Assembly: GCA_913043225.1 (NCBI GenBank)
Contig: CAJWLU010000010.1
Coordinates: forward strand, 1-64,000
Direction of reading: 5' to 3'
Source of the DNA: an uncultured Acidobacteriota bacterium
GTDB lineage: Bacteria; Acidobacteriota; Vicinamibacteria; Vicinamibacterales; UBA8438
DNA length: 64,000 nt
The notes beneath the pieces are model-generated. The model saw nothing but the letters and a program-made list of their open reading frames with translations, was not told the origin of the DNA and did no database searches. This document shows positions 20,029 to 29,028 of the stretch, one piece after another (the stretch's first letter is position 1; each line of letters starts with the position of its first letter). Both the position numbers and the translations under genes were made by a program.

Positions 20029-22298
20029 ACAGTTCCCCGGTCCCGATCCTGAAGGATCTCGTGTTACTCGGCGGTGGTCATACCCACGTGGCCGTCCTGC
20101 GGCGGTTCGGCATGCGCCCGATCCCGGGGGTTCGGCTCACCGTGGTGGCCCGCGACGTGCACACACCGTATTCGGGCATGCTGCCCGGGCTGGTGGCCGG
20201 GCACTACGAGTTCGATGAGGCCCACATTGACCTGGGGCCCTTGTGCCGTTTCGCCGGGGCGAGGCTCGTGCACGCCGCCGCCACCGGGCTGAATCTGGAG
20301 CGTCGCGAGGTTTGCTGCGCCGACCGTCCTCCAATCCGATTCGACCTGCTGTCGATCAACATAGGGGCGACACCCTCGCTTGACGTGGTACCCGGGGCAG
20401 CCGGCGGTGTGGTTCCGGTCAAACCGATCAGCAGGTTCGTCGAGCGGTGGGACCGGCTCCGCGAGCGGGTTACCGCCAGGTCCGGGGCGGTCCGGGTCGG
20501 AGTGGTTGGTGCCGGCGCCGGCGGTGTGGAGCTGGCCCTCGCGGTCAACCATGCCCTTGGCGACCAGCTCGAAGCGCTGGGTCGCCCCCGATCGTTGGCC
20601 GAGGTTCACCTGTTCGGGGCCGGCGCTGCGATTCTGCCTGCCCACAACCGGAGTATGCGGAAACGCTTGCAGGATCAGCTGGACCGTCACGGTCTCCGGG
20701 TACATCTGGGGCAGGCCGTGACCAATGTTGCTCCCGGGAAGGTGACACGCGCCGACGGTTCCACGATGGCGTTCGATGAAATTCTGTGGGTCACCCAGGC
20801 CACTGCCGCCCCCTGGCTGGGCCAGTCCGGTCTGGCGGTGGACGACGCTGGTTTTGTCGAAGTCAATGCCACGCTCCAGTCGGTGTCGCACCCCGGCGTC
20901 TTTGCCGTGGGGGACGTCGCGGCCGTTGTCGACCATCCTCGGGAGAAGGCCGGCGTGTTCGCCGTGCGTCAAGGACCCCCGCTGACCGAGAATCTTCGGC
21001 GGGCGCTCCTGTGCCAGCCGCTGAAACCGTTCCGTCCACAGCGCCGATTTCTCACGCTGATATCCACTGGTGATCGCTATGCGGTCGGGTCACGCGGTTG
21101 GTTGGCGTTCGAGGGGCGTTGGGCCTGGCGGTGGAAGGACTGGATCGACCGGCGGTTCATGAGTCGCTATCGCGACCTGCCGGAGATGCGTTCCAATCAG
21201 GGACCGGACGTCGAGGCTGGCCTGGCGTCGCCGGAGTTGCTGGCCGAGATCTCGACCGCCGCGATGCGCTGCGGAGGGTGTGGGTCGAAGGTGGGCGCCA
21301 CGCCGCTCGAACGGGTGTTGGAGCGGCTTGAGCCGATCCAACGAGATGACGTCATCGTCGGGCTCGACGCTCCCGACGACGCGGCGATCATCCGGGTGCC
21401 TCCCGGTAAGGTCCAGGTGCGCACCGTTGACGCTTTCCGCGCGATCGTGGATGACCCCTATGTCTTTGGCCAGATCACCGCTAACCATTGTCTCGGCGAT
21501 ATCTTCGCGATGGGGGCCGACGCGCAGTCCGCGCTGGCTGTCGCCACTGTGCCCTTTGGCCTCGATCACAAGGTGGAGGACACGCTGGTCGACCTGCTGG
21601 CGGGCGCGGTCGCGATGCTGAACGAGGCGGGTGCCACCCTGGTCGGCGGTCATACTTCCGAGGGCGTGGAGCTCTCGCTGGGATTGTCGCTGACTGGTCT
21701 CGTCGATGATGGCCGCGCGCTTCGGAAGGCGGGCCTGCAGCCCGGGCACCGGTTGATTCTGACCAAGCCACTCGGGACCGGAACGTTGTTCGCAGCCCAC
21801 ATGCGGCTGAAGGCCAAAGGGCGCTGGATCGATGGTGCGACCAACTCGATGCTGCAGTCAAACCGAGACGCTGCCGATCTGCTCGTTACGCATGGTGCGG
21901 TGGCCTGCACCGACGTGACCGGGTTTGGCCTTCTGGGTCACCTGGTCGAGATGACCCGGGCGTCTGGCGTGAACGTGGAGCTGCGGCTGAACGCGGTGCC
22001 GGCGCTCGCCGGCGCGCTTGAGACTAGCGCGGCGGGCTGGCTTAGCTCGCTCCATCCGCACAACGTTCGCCTCCGTCGTGCGGTGGAGGACGTTGACCGG
22101 GTTGGAGCGCATCCAGCGTATCGCCTGCTCTTCGATCCACAGACCGCGGGTGGTCTTCTCGCCGGCGTGCCTGAGGATCGGACCGAGCCGTGTCTCGCGG
22201 CGTTGCGCGCGGCCGGCTACGACGCGGCCGCTGAGATTGGTGTCGTTCGGACCCGGACCGATGGTGCTCCGGTGTGCGTGACCGACGCCGGGCAGTAG
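20025..22298 (+). CDS. selD: Selenide, water dikinase with N-terminal FAD/NADH dehydrogenase-like domain
   Basis: N-terminal GGGHTH, YSGMLPG, GAGAGGVE; SelD part CGGCGSK, DDAA, GGHT, LTKPLGTG, DVTGFGLLGH, DPQTAGGLL. Confidence 0.92.
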   Translation: MNSSPVPILKDLVLLGGGHTHVAVLRRFGMRPIPGVRLTVVARDVHTPYSGMLPGLVAGHYEFDEAHIDLGPLCRFAGARLVHAAATGLNLERREVCCADRPPIRFDLLSINIGATPSLDVVPGAAGGVVPVKPISRFVERWDRLRERVTARSGAVRVGVVGAGAGGVELALAVNHALGDQLEALGRPRSLAEVHLFGAGAAILPAHNRSMRKRLQDQLDRHGLRVHLGQAVTNVAPGKVTRADGSTMAFDEILWVTQATAAPWLGQSGLAVDDAGFVEVNATLQSVSHPGVFAVGDVAAVVDHPREKAGVFAVRQGPPLTENLRRALLCQPLKPFRPQRRFLTLISTGDRYAVGSRGWLAFEGRWAWRWKDWIDRRFMSRYRDLPEMRSNQGPDVEAGLASPELLAEISTAAMRCGGCGSKVGATPLERVLERLEPIQRDDVIVGLDAPDDAAIIRVPPGKVQVRTVDAFRAIVDDPYVFGQITANHCLGDIFAMGADAQSALAVATVPFGLDHKVEDTLVDLLAGAVAMLNEAGATLVGGHTSEGVELSLGLSLTGLVDDGRALRKAGLQPGHRLILTKPLGTGTLFAAHMRLKAKGRWIDGATNSMLQSNRDAADLLVTHGAVACTDVTGFGLLGHLVEMTRASGVNVELRLNAVPALAGALETSAAGWLSSLHPHNVRLRRAVEDVDRVGAHPAYRLLFDPQTAGGLLAGVPEDRTEPCLAALRAAGYDAAAEIGVVRTRTDGAPVCVTDAGQ

Positions 22299-22313
22299 GC
22301 TGCTGAACACCGA

Positions 22314-22353
22314 GCCCCCGGGCGCGCCCGGGTGGGGTTTGAGGCGAAGCCTC
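22314..22353 (+). terminator. Two GC-rich hairpins between selD and bcp (possible terminator or processing site)
   Basis: CCCGGGCGCGCCCGGG inverted repeat followed by GGGGTTT, then GAGGC-GAA-GCCTC; only a short U run. Confidence 0.3.
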
Positions 22354-22384
22354 GTGATGAGGGTTAGACAAGGACGGAGATCGT

Positions 22385-22852
22385 ATGCTCGAGGTTGGGA
22401 AGAAGCCGCCCGCGTTCACACTGAAGGATCAGGACAATCATCCGGTCCGGGTCCGCGCGTTCGCGGGCCAGTGGATCGTGCTCTACTTCTATCCAAAGGA
22501 CGACACGCCCGGGTGCACTATCCAGGCGTGCGACTTCTCCGAGAGGTTGGCCGGCTTCGAGGCGCTCGACGCGGTCGTGCTCGGGTGTAGCCCGGACGAT
22601 GCTGAGAGTCATCGCCGCTTCATCGCCAAGCATCGGCTGACGATCTCGCTCCTGTCCGATCCGGACCACAAGGTGATGACCGCCTACGGCGCGTACGGCG
22701 AGAAGGTGCTGTACGGCAAGCGCACTGTCGGTGTCATCCGTTCCACCGTGCTCGTCGATCCCGATGGTAAGGTCGCTCACCACTGGAAGCGAGCCCGAAC
22801 CAAGGGGCACGCGGATCTGGTGCGTCGTCGGCTGGAAGAGTTACGCGGGTGA
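22385..22852 (+). CDS. bcp: Peroxiredoxin Bcp/PrxQ
   Basis: YFYPKDDTPGCTIQAC, LLSDPD, IRST. Confidence 0.93.
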   Translation: MLEVGKKPPAFTLKDQDNHPVRVRAFAGQWIVLYFYPKDDTPGCTIQACDFSERLAGFEALDAVVLGCSPDDAESHRRFIAKHRLTISLLSDPDHKVMTAYGAYGEKVLYGKRTVGVIRSTVLVDPDGKVAHHWKRARTKGHADLVRRRLEELRG

Positions 22853-24366
22853 GCGATCCTTCGTCGCCCTCCGACGACCCGATCGCCGAACGAGGTCCAG
22901 TTCGGGCCCCCGAACTCGATGGCGCCGCAGCCTGGCTCAACGTCGACGTGCCACTCACGCTGGCAGATCTGCGAGGCAAGGTCGTCCTGCTCGACTTCTG
23001 GACCTACGGGTGTATTAACTGCCTGCACCAGTTGCCGGGTCTCCGCGAACTTCTAGAGGCTTACGCCGACGAGCTCGTGGTCATTGGCGTGCACGCGCCG
23101 AAGTTCCCGAACGAGCGGGAGACGGGCAACCTGCGTCGAGTGATCGAGCGTTACGCGATCACTCATCCGGTGGCCAGCGACCCGGACTACCGGATCTGGC
23201 GCGCCTACACGGTCCGGGCGTGGCCCACGCTGGTGCTAATCGACCCGGCTGGCTATCTGGTGGCTGGGGTCTCCGGTGAGGGGCATCTCCCGCAGTTCGA
23301 CCGAGCGATCCGGGCGGTCATCCAGGTCTTCGACGAACGAGGAGAGCTCGACCGGAGCCGACGCCTCGGCTCGAGTGGGGCGGCGACCGGGTCGGCGCTC
23401 GGTCCGCTCGCATACCCGGGCGGGCTGGCGTGCGATTCGCTGCGGGACCGTCTGTATATTGCCGACACCAGCCATCACCAGGTGCTCGTTGCGACCACCG
23501 ATGGTGCCCAGGTGGGTCGGCTCGGCAGTGGCCGGCCGTCCGCCGTGGACGGCGATGCCGGTGAGTGTGGGTTCGTTCGGCCGCAGGGGCTCGCCGTCCA
23601 GCCGTCCGACGGTCTGGTGTTCGTCGCCGATACGGGCAACCACCTGATCCGGGCTGCAGACCCGGAGGGTGGGGCGGTGACCACGATCGCCGGGACGGGG
23701 GCGCAGGCGCGTCCCGGCGACCGGGGCGGAGGGGTCGATTCGACGGCACTCAGTTCACCCTGGGACGTATGTCCGGTTGGCCGGCTGCTCCTCATCGCGA
23801 TGGCGGGCGTGCATCAGCTGTGGGTGCTCGACGTCGGTCGGGGGCTGGTCTTCGCCCTAGCCGGTTCCGGGATGGAGGCGCGCCAGGACGGGGATCTCGA
23901 CGACAGCGCGTTCGCCCAGCCGTCCGGTCTGACCGGCTCCGAAGGAGCGGTCTTCGTGGCCGACAGCGAGTCCAACGTCATTCGGCGGGTCGAGCTGCCG
24001 CCACGGAACCGCGTCCACACCCTCGCCGGGGGGGATCTCTTCGAGTTTGGTGACCAACTCGGGGTGGGGGACGAGGCTCGGTTCCAGCATCCCCTCGGGG
24101 TGGCCTGGTTTCAGGGTCGGCTCTTTGTCGCCGATACCTACAATCATCGGATCAAGTGGGTCGATCCGGGGTCGGGCGAGGTCGGTCTCGTGGCGGGGTC
24201 TGGGCGGCTCGGGCATAAAGATGGCGACGCTGAGCACGCGTGCTTCCACGAGCCATCCGGTCTGTCGGCCGGCGCTGGCCGGCTGTATGTCGCCGATACC
24301 AACAACCACGCCGTCCGGGTGGTCGACTTGGCCTCCGGTCGAGTCGAGACGCTGATCGCTCCCTGA
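22849..24366 (+). CDS. Thioredoxin-like plus NHL-repeat protein (NHLRC2/SOQ1-like architecture)
   Basis: DFWTYGCINC, GVHAPKF, AWPTLVLIDP, repeated VADTxNHxIR blades. Confidence 0.88.
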   Translation: MSDPSSPSDDPIAERGPVRAPELDGAAAWLNVDVPLTLADLRGKVVLLDFWTYGCINCLHQLPGLRELLEAYADELVVIGVHAPKFPNERETGNLRRVIERYAITHPVASDPDYRIWRAYTVRAWPTLVLIDPAGYLVAGVSGEGHLPQFDRAIRAVIQVFDERGELDRSRRLGSSGAATGSALGPLAYPGGLACDSLRDRLYIADTSHHQVLVATTDGAQVGRLGSGRPSAVDGDAGECGFVRPQGLAVQPSDGLVFVADTGNHLIRAADPEGGAVTTIAGTGAQARPGDRGGGVDSTALSSPWDVCPVGRLLLIAMAGVHQLWVLDVGRGLVFALAGSGMEARQDGDLDDSAFAQPSGLTGSEGAVFVADSESNVIRRVELPPRNRVHTLAGGDLFEFGDQLGVGDEARFQHPLGVAWFQGRLFVADTYNHRIKWVDPGSGEVGLVAGSGRLGHKDGDAEHACFHEPSGLSAGAGRLYVADTNNHAVRVVDLASGRVETLIAP

Positions 24367-24469
24367 CCGGCGCCGAACGGAATGCGGCCGGGTGCCGTCG
24401 TGCGGTCTGGCGCGCACCTTCACCGAACCCGCAAGTCCCATGCTGGTGGTGTGTTACACTCAGAAACTT

Positions 24470-25726
24470 ATGTTCAGGCGGCTGTCGTTTTTGTTGCTGG
24501 TCGTTGCGGTCGGTCTGTCCGGGTGCGCCTTCAAGGAGGCCCCGCTGCCCGAGCCGACCAGTGGCCCAGACGTCTTCCTTAAGCCGGACACGACGGTCGT
24601 GGAGGATGCGGTGCCGCGCAACGCCACGCTGGCGACCCTGCTGGCCTCGCACGACATGCCGAGCGACTTCGCCTACCAGTTTGTGGAGGCGCTCCGCGAG
24701 GTCTTCGATCCCAGGGACCTCCGCTCAGGGCATCCCTACAAGCTGGTCTACGGTCCTGACGGTCGGTTTCGGCGGTTCGAGTATCACGTCGACGACGACC
24801 GCTATCTCCAGGTGAAAAGCCTCGCCAAACCCACGAGCTTCGACGCCGTCCTGGTCGACTATGAGAAGCGGCGTGAGCAGGTCTCGATGCGGGGGGAGAT
24901 CAATCAGCGGAACAACTCGCTGTTCGCGGCGATGATGACGGGTGGCGGCGACACCCAGATCGCCGTGGATATGGCCCAGATCTTCAGCGGAGAAATCGAC
25001 TTCAACACCGAGGTCCGCCTGGGAGACAATTTCGCCGTGCTATACGAGCGGTTCGTGCGTGACGAGATTCACATCACCCACGGAGACATCCTGGCCGCGG
25101 CATTTGAGAACGAGGGCCGCCAGGTATTCGGCTTCCGGTTCGAGGTCCCGGGTGAAGCGCCCGCCTACTTCGACACCGAAGGCCGGTCGCTCAAGCGTCA
25201 GTTCTTGAAGTCACCCTTCCGATTTGATCCCCGAGTTACCTCGCGGTTCTCCTACCGCCGGCTGCATCCCGTGCTCGGAACGCATCGTCCCCATCTGGGT
25301 GTGGACTACGGGGCGCCCACCGGGACGCCCGTCATCGCGGTGGCTAACGGCACGGTGGTCTCGGCGGCCAATAGTGGCGGCTCCGGCAACATGGTGCGAC
25401 TTCGCCACAATAATGGGTATGAGACCTACTATCTCCACCTGTCTCGCTTCGCGAAGGGGATGCGCCGCGGCGCCCGGGTCGCGCAGGGGTCGGTGATCGG
25501 CTACGTCGGCTCGACAGGGCTGTCCACGGGGCCGCACCTTGACTACCGGATTCGCAGGAACGGCACGTTCGTCAACCCGCTGACTGAACTGCGGAACATG
25601 CCACCCGGCGACCCGATTCCCGACGAGCAGATGGAGGCCTTCCTTACCGTGCGTGATCGCGCTATCGCGCAGATGGCCGGCCGGCAGCCGTCCGGCGACG
25701 AGCTCCTGGTCGCGACCACCCAGTAG
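24470..25726 (+). CDS. M23 peptidoglycan endopeptidase (MepM-like), probable lipoprotein
   Basis: LSGC lipobox, HLGVD, YLHL, STGPHLD. Confidence 0.9.
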   Translation: MFRRLSFLLLVVAVGLSGCAFKEAPLPEPTSGPDVFLKPDTTVVEDAVPRNATLATLLASHDMPSDFAYQFVEALREVFDPRDLRSGHPYKLVYGPDGRFRRFEYHVDDDRYLQVKSLAKPTSFDAVLVDYEKRREQVSMRGEINQRNNSLFAAMMTGGGDTQIAVDMAQIFSGEIDFNTEVRLGDNFAVLYERFVRDEIHITHGDILAAAFENEGRQVFGFRFEVPGEAPAYFDTEGRSLKRQFLKSPFRFDPRVTSRFSYRRLHPVLGTHRPHLGVDYGAPTGTPVIAVANGTVVSAANSGGSGNMVRLRHNNGYETYYLHLSRFAKGMRRGARVAQGSVIGYVGSTGLSTGPHLDYRIRRNGTFVNPLTELRNMPPGDPIPDEQMEAFLTVRDRAIAQMAGRQPSGDELLVATTQ

Positions 25727-25839
25727 CGCTTCGCGGGGCGACGGTTCCGATCTGGCCCGCGCTCCTGATAGAGTGAGAAGAGACGTGGGCCCTCTCCCGT
25801 CTCGTCCTGGCCATCCCCCTGATCGAGGCAGACCAAAAC

Positions 25840-27051
25840 ATGGCCGTCGTCCGTCCGTTTCGCGCTTTGCGCCCCGTCCCCCACGTCGCGTCACTGGTGG
25901 CGTCGGTGCCGTATGACGTCGTGAACGTCGCCGAAGCACGTTCGCTCGTGGCCGACACGCCACTCAGTTTTCTCCATGTGACCCGGCCCGAGATCGACCT
26001 GCCCGACGACACCGATCCGTATGCCGCGCCGGTCTACGAGCGGGCGCGCGCGAACCTGGCCGCTTTGCGCGACCAGGCGCCGCTCGTGGTTGAGGAGACT
26101 CCATCACTCTACGTCTATCGACTCCGAGAGGGCTCGCATGTCCAGACGGGTGTGGCGGGCTGCTACTCCCTGGACGAGTACGACGCCGGGGTCATCAAGA
26201 AGCATGAGCGGACCCGGCCCGACAAGGAGGACGATCGCACCCGTCACATGGAGACCATCGAAGCCCAGACAGGTGTGGTCTTCCTGACGTATCGACAGCA
26301 GTCGACCGTCGACGACGCCGTTGCACAGATCTCCAGGGGCGAACCGCTGTTCGATTTCGCCGCGCCGGATGGCGTCGAGCACACGGTGTGGAGGGCGCCG
26401 GCGCCGCTGATGACTGCGCTGGTCGAGGCGTTCGCGTCCGTGCCCGCGCTCTACATCGCCGACGGGCATCACCGGGCGGCCAGCGCCGCGCGTGCCCGAC
26501 GGGTTGCGGCAGTCGGTGACGCCGGAGCGCGGGATCGATTCTTGGCCGTAGCGTTTCCCGATCACGAGACCCGGATCCTGGCCTACAACCGGACGCTGTC
26601 GGATCTGGCGGGCGCCACGCCGCACGCCTTCCTCGAGGCGGTCTCCGGTCGGCTTGAGGTGACGCCCGATGTGAACCCGGTGCCAGACCGGGGTCATACC
26701 TCGATGTACCTCGCCGGCCGCTGGTACGGAATGAGGCTGGTTGCCCCGGCCAGCTCAGACGATGTAGTGGGCTCTTTGGATGTGGCCCGACTACAGGACC
26801 AGATTCTCGGTCCGCTGCTCCAGGTGGCTGACATCAGAACCGACCCCAGGGTGCGGTTCGTCGGCGGTATCCGGGGCACGTCTGAGCTCGAACGTCAGGT
26901 CGACGGGGGAGCGGCAGCCGTGGCGTTTTCGATGGCGCCGGTGACCGTGGCCGAGCTGCTGGCCGTGGCAGACGCCGGCTCGATCATGCCTCCCAAATCG
27001 ACCTGGTTCGAGCCGAAGTTGCGAGATGGGTTGCTGACCCACCTGTTCTGA
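25840..27051 (+). CDS. DUF1015 family protein
   Basis: PYDV, IKKHE, YIADGHHR, MPPKSTWFEPKLRDGL. Confidence 0.9.
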   Translation: MAVVRPFRALRPVPHVASLVASVPYDVVNVAEARSLVADTPLSFLHVTRPEIDLPDDTDPYAAPVYERARANLAALRDQAPLVVEETPSLYVYRLREGSHVQTGVAGCYSLDEYDAGVIKKHERTRPDKEDDRTRHMETIEAQTGVVFLTYRQQSTVDDAVAQISRGEPLFDFAAPDGVEHTVWRAPAPLMTALVEAFASVPALYIADGHHRAASAARARRVAAVGDAGARDRFLAVAFPDHETRILAYNRTLSDLAGATPHAFLEAVSGRLEVTPDVNPVPDRGHTSMYLAGRWYGMRLVAPASSDDVVGSLDVARLQDQILGPLLQVADIRTDPRVRFVGGIRGTSELERQVDGGAAAVAFSMAPVTVAELLAVADAGSIMPPKSTWFEPKLRDGLLTHLF

Positions 27052-27092
27052 TCGTGTCCGGCGGCGGACACGACCACGATCCAAGGAGCTCC

Positions 27093-28184
27093 ATGTCGTC
27101 CACCGACCGTATCTTTAATTTCAGCGCTGGCCCGGCGGTGCTTCCTGAACCGGTGCTCGCCCAGGCGCAGCAGGATCTAATGGTGTTGCCCGGAGTGGGC
27201 ATGTCGGTACTTGAGATCAGCCACCGGTCAGCGGCGTTCGATCGCATTCTCGAACAGGCCGAGGTCGACCTGCGCGAGCTGGCCGGGATCGGCGACGACT
27301 ACCACGTGCTGTTCTTACAGGGTGGCGCGAGCCAGCAGTTCGCGATGGTAGCGATGAACCTGCTCGACGCGGCCGCGGTCGCCGACTACACGTTGACTGG
27401 CAGTTGGGCAAAGAAAGCGGCCGCCGAGGCGGCAAAGATTGGTGAGGTCAACGTATGCGCCTCGACCGAGTCTGAGTCGTTCACCCGGGTACCGATGCCT
27501 GGCGAGCTGAGCCTGACACCCGGGGCCGCCTATGTCCACGTGACGTCGAACAACACGATTTGCGGTACTGAATGGCCCGCACTCCCGGACACCGGAAACG
27601 CGCCGCTCGTGGTCGACGCTTCATCCGACCTGCTGTCGAAACCTATCGACGTCGCCGGTACCGGCCTGATCTATGGAGGTGCCCAGAAGAACCTCGGCCC
27701 GGCCGGGGTGACGCTGGTAATCATCCGGAAGGACTTGGCCGAGCGCGGCCCGAAGTCGCTGCCTGCGACGCTGCGCTACGCAGTGGCCGCCAAGCACGGT
27801 TCTCGCTACAACACGCCGCCGGTCTTCGCCATCTACCTGTTTGGGCTAGTGATGCAATGGCTCAAGGCGCAGGGCGGCCTTGCGGCCATCGAGACAGTGA
27901 ATCGGCGGAAGGCATCGCTGCTCTATGACGCGATCGATGGGAGCGATTTCTACCGCGGGACCGCGCAGGCGGAGAGCCGTTCACTCATGAACGTGACCTT
28001 CCGGCTGCCCTCAGAGGAGCTTGAAGCCCGTTTCGTCCAAGAGGCCACGGCGGCCGGGTTGTCTGGTTTGAAGGGACATCGGTCCGTCGGGGGACAGCGA
28101 GCGTCGATCTACAACGCATTTCCTGAACAGGGCGTCGCCGCGCTCGTGGCCTTCATGCGCGAGTTCGAACGAACCCACGGCTAG
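27093..28184 (+). CDS. serC: Phosphoserine aminotransferase
   Basis: FNFSAGPA, EISHRS, GAQKNLGP, NTPP, GHRSVGG; SD AAGGAG. Confidence 0.96.
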   Translation: MSSTDRIFNFSAGPAVLPEPVLAQAQQDLMVLPGVGMSVLEISHRSAAFDRILEQAEVDLRELAGIGDDYHVLFLQGGASQQFAMVAMNLLDAAAVADYTLTGSWAKKAAAEAAKIGEVNVCASTESESFTRVPMPGELSLTPGAAYVHVTSNNTICGTEWPALPDTGNAPLVVDASSDLLSKPIDVAGTGLIYGGAQKNLGPAGVTLVIIRKDLAERGPKSLPATLRYAVAAKHGSRYNTPPVFAIYLFGLVMQWLKAQGGLAAIETVNRRKASLLYDAIDGSDFYRGTAQAESRSLMNVTFRLPSEELEARFVQEATAAGLSGLKGHRSVGGQRASIYNAFPEQGVAALVAFMREFERTHG

Positions 28185-28200
28185 CGAGGAGCACCCCACC

Positions 28201-29028
28201 GTGAGACAGATGGATGGATCGGTCGTCTGTGCGCAGTGCGGGCGGCTGGTCGGCGTCAACGAGGAGAAGTGCCCGTTCTGCGGCGCCTGGCGCCCCGGTC
28301 TCTTTGGCTGGGCTACCGTGCTCCGCCGGTTACTCGGTGGTCGCCTGGATCTGTTCTCGTTGATTGTCGGCGCCTGCGTGACGCTCTACGCCCTCACGCT
28401 GCTCCTTCAGCCCGAAGCGATTTTCCAGCCGTCCGGGCTGATGTCCATCCTTTCGCCTGGTGGCCGGGCCCTCTATCAGCTCGGCATGACAGGCGGCCTA
28501 GCCTGGCAGCAAGGCTGGTGGCTGACCCTGCTCACCGCGATTTATCTCCATGGCAGCTTGCTCCACATCATCTTCAACGTGATGTGGATCAGGAACCTGG
28601 GCCCGGCGGTGACTGACGTTTATGGCGCTGGACGGGCCTTTCTCCTGTTCAACGCCGCGGGCGCCGGTGGTTTCCTGGTTTCAAATCTCGCCAGCGGGGT
28701 CCCGACCATCGGAGCGTCCGGCAGTATCTTCGGTCTGCTGGCTGCCCTGATCGTCTTTGGCCGTCGCCGGGGAAGCTCGGTGATGACGCAGCAGCTGTGG
28801 CAGTACGCGATCATCCTCGGTGTCTTCGGCTTCATCATGCCAGGGATCAACAACTGGGCCCACGGCGGCGGGTTCGCGACTGGGTGGCTGGTGGCCGAGG
28901 CGATGAACCTGGATGATGACCGCCAGGACTCGAGCTGGGTGCTCCTGGGGTCGCTCGCGCTGATCGTGCTGACGCTAGTCGGGGTCGGTTTTTCGTTCGT
29001 TCGGGTGACCGCCATACTCTTGGGTTGA
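28201..29028 (+). CDS. Rhomboid intramembrane serine protease with N-terminal zinc ribbon
   Basis: CAQC..CPFC, HGSLLHIIFN, GASG, AHGGG. Confidence 0.9.
   Translation: MRQMDGSVVCAQCGRLVGVNEEKCPFCGAWRPGLFGWATVLRRLLGGRLDLFSLIVGACVTLYALTLLLQPEAIFQPSGLMSILSPGGRALYQLGMTGGLAWQQGWWLTLLTAIYLHGSLLHIIFNVMWIRNLGPAVTDVYGAGRAFLLFNAAGAGGFLVSNLASGVPTIGASGSIFGLLAALIVFGRRRGSSVMTQQLWQYAIILGVFGFIMPGINNWAHGGGFATGWLVAEAMNLDDDRQDSSWVLLGSLALIVLTLVGVGFSFVRVTAILLG

Noticed and set aside
20025..24366. Selenocysteine (UGA) recoding in selD, bcp or Trx-NHL
   Set aside because: All catalytic positions are ordinary Cys codons and the ORFs are uninterrupted.
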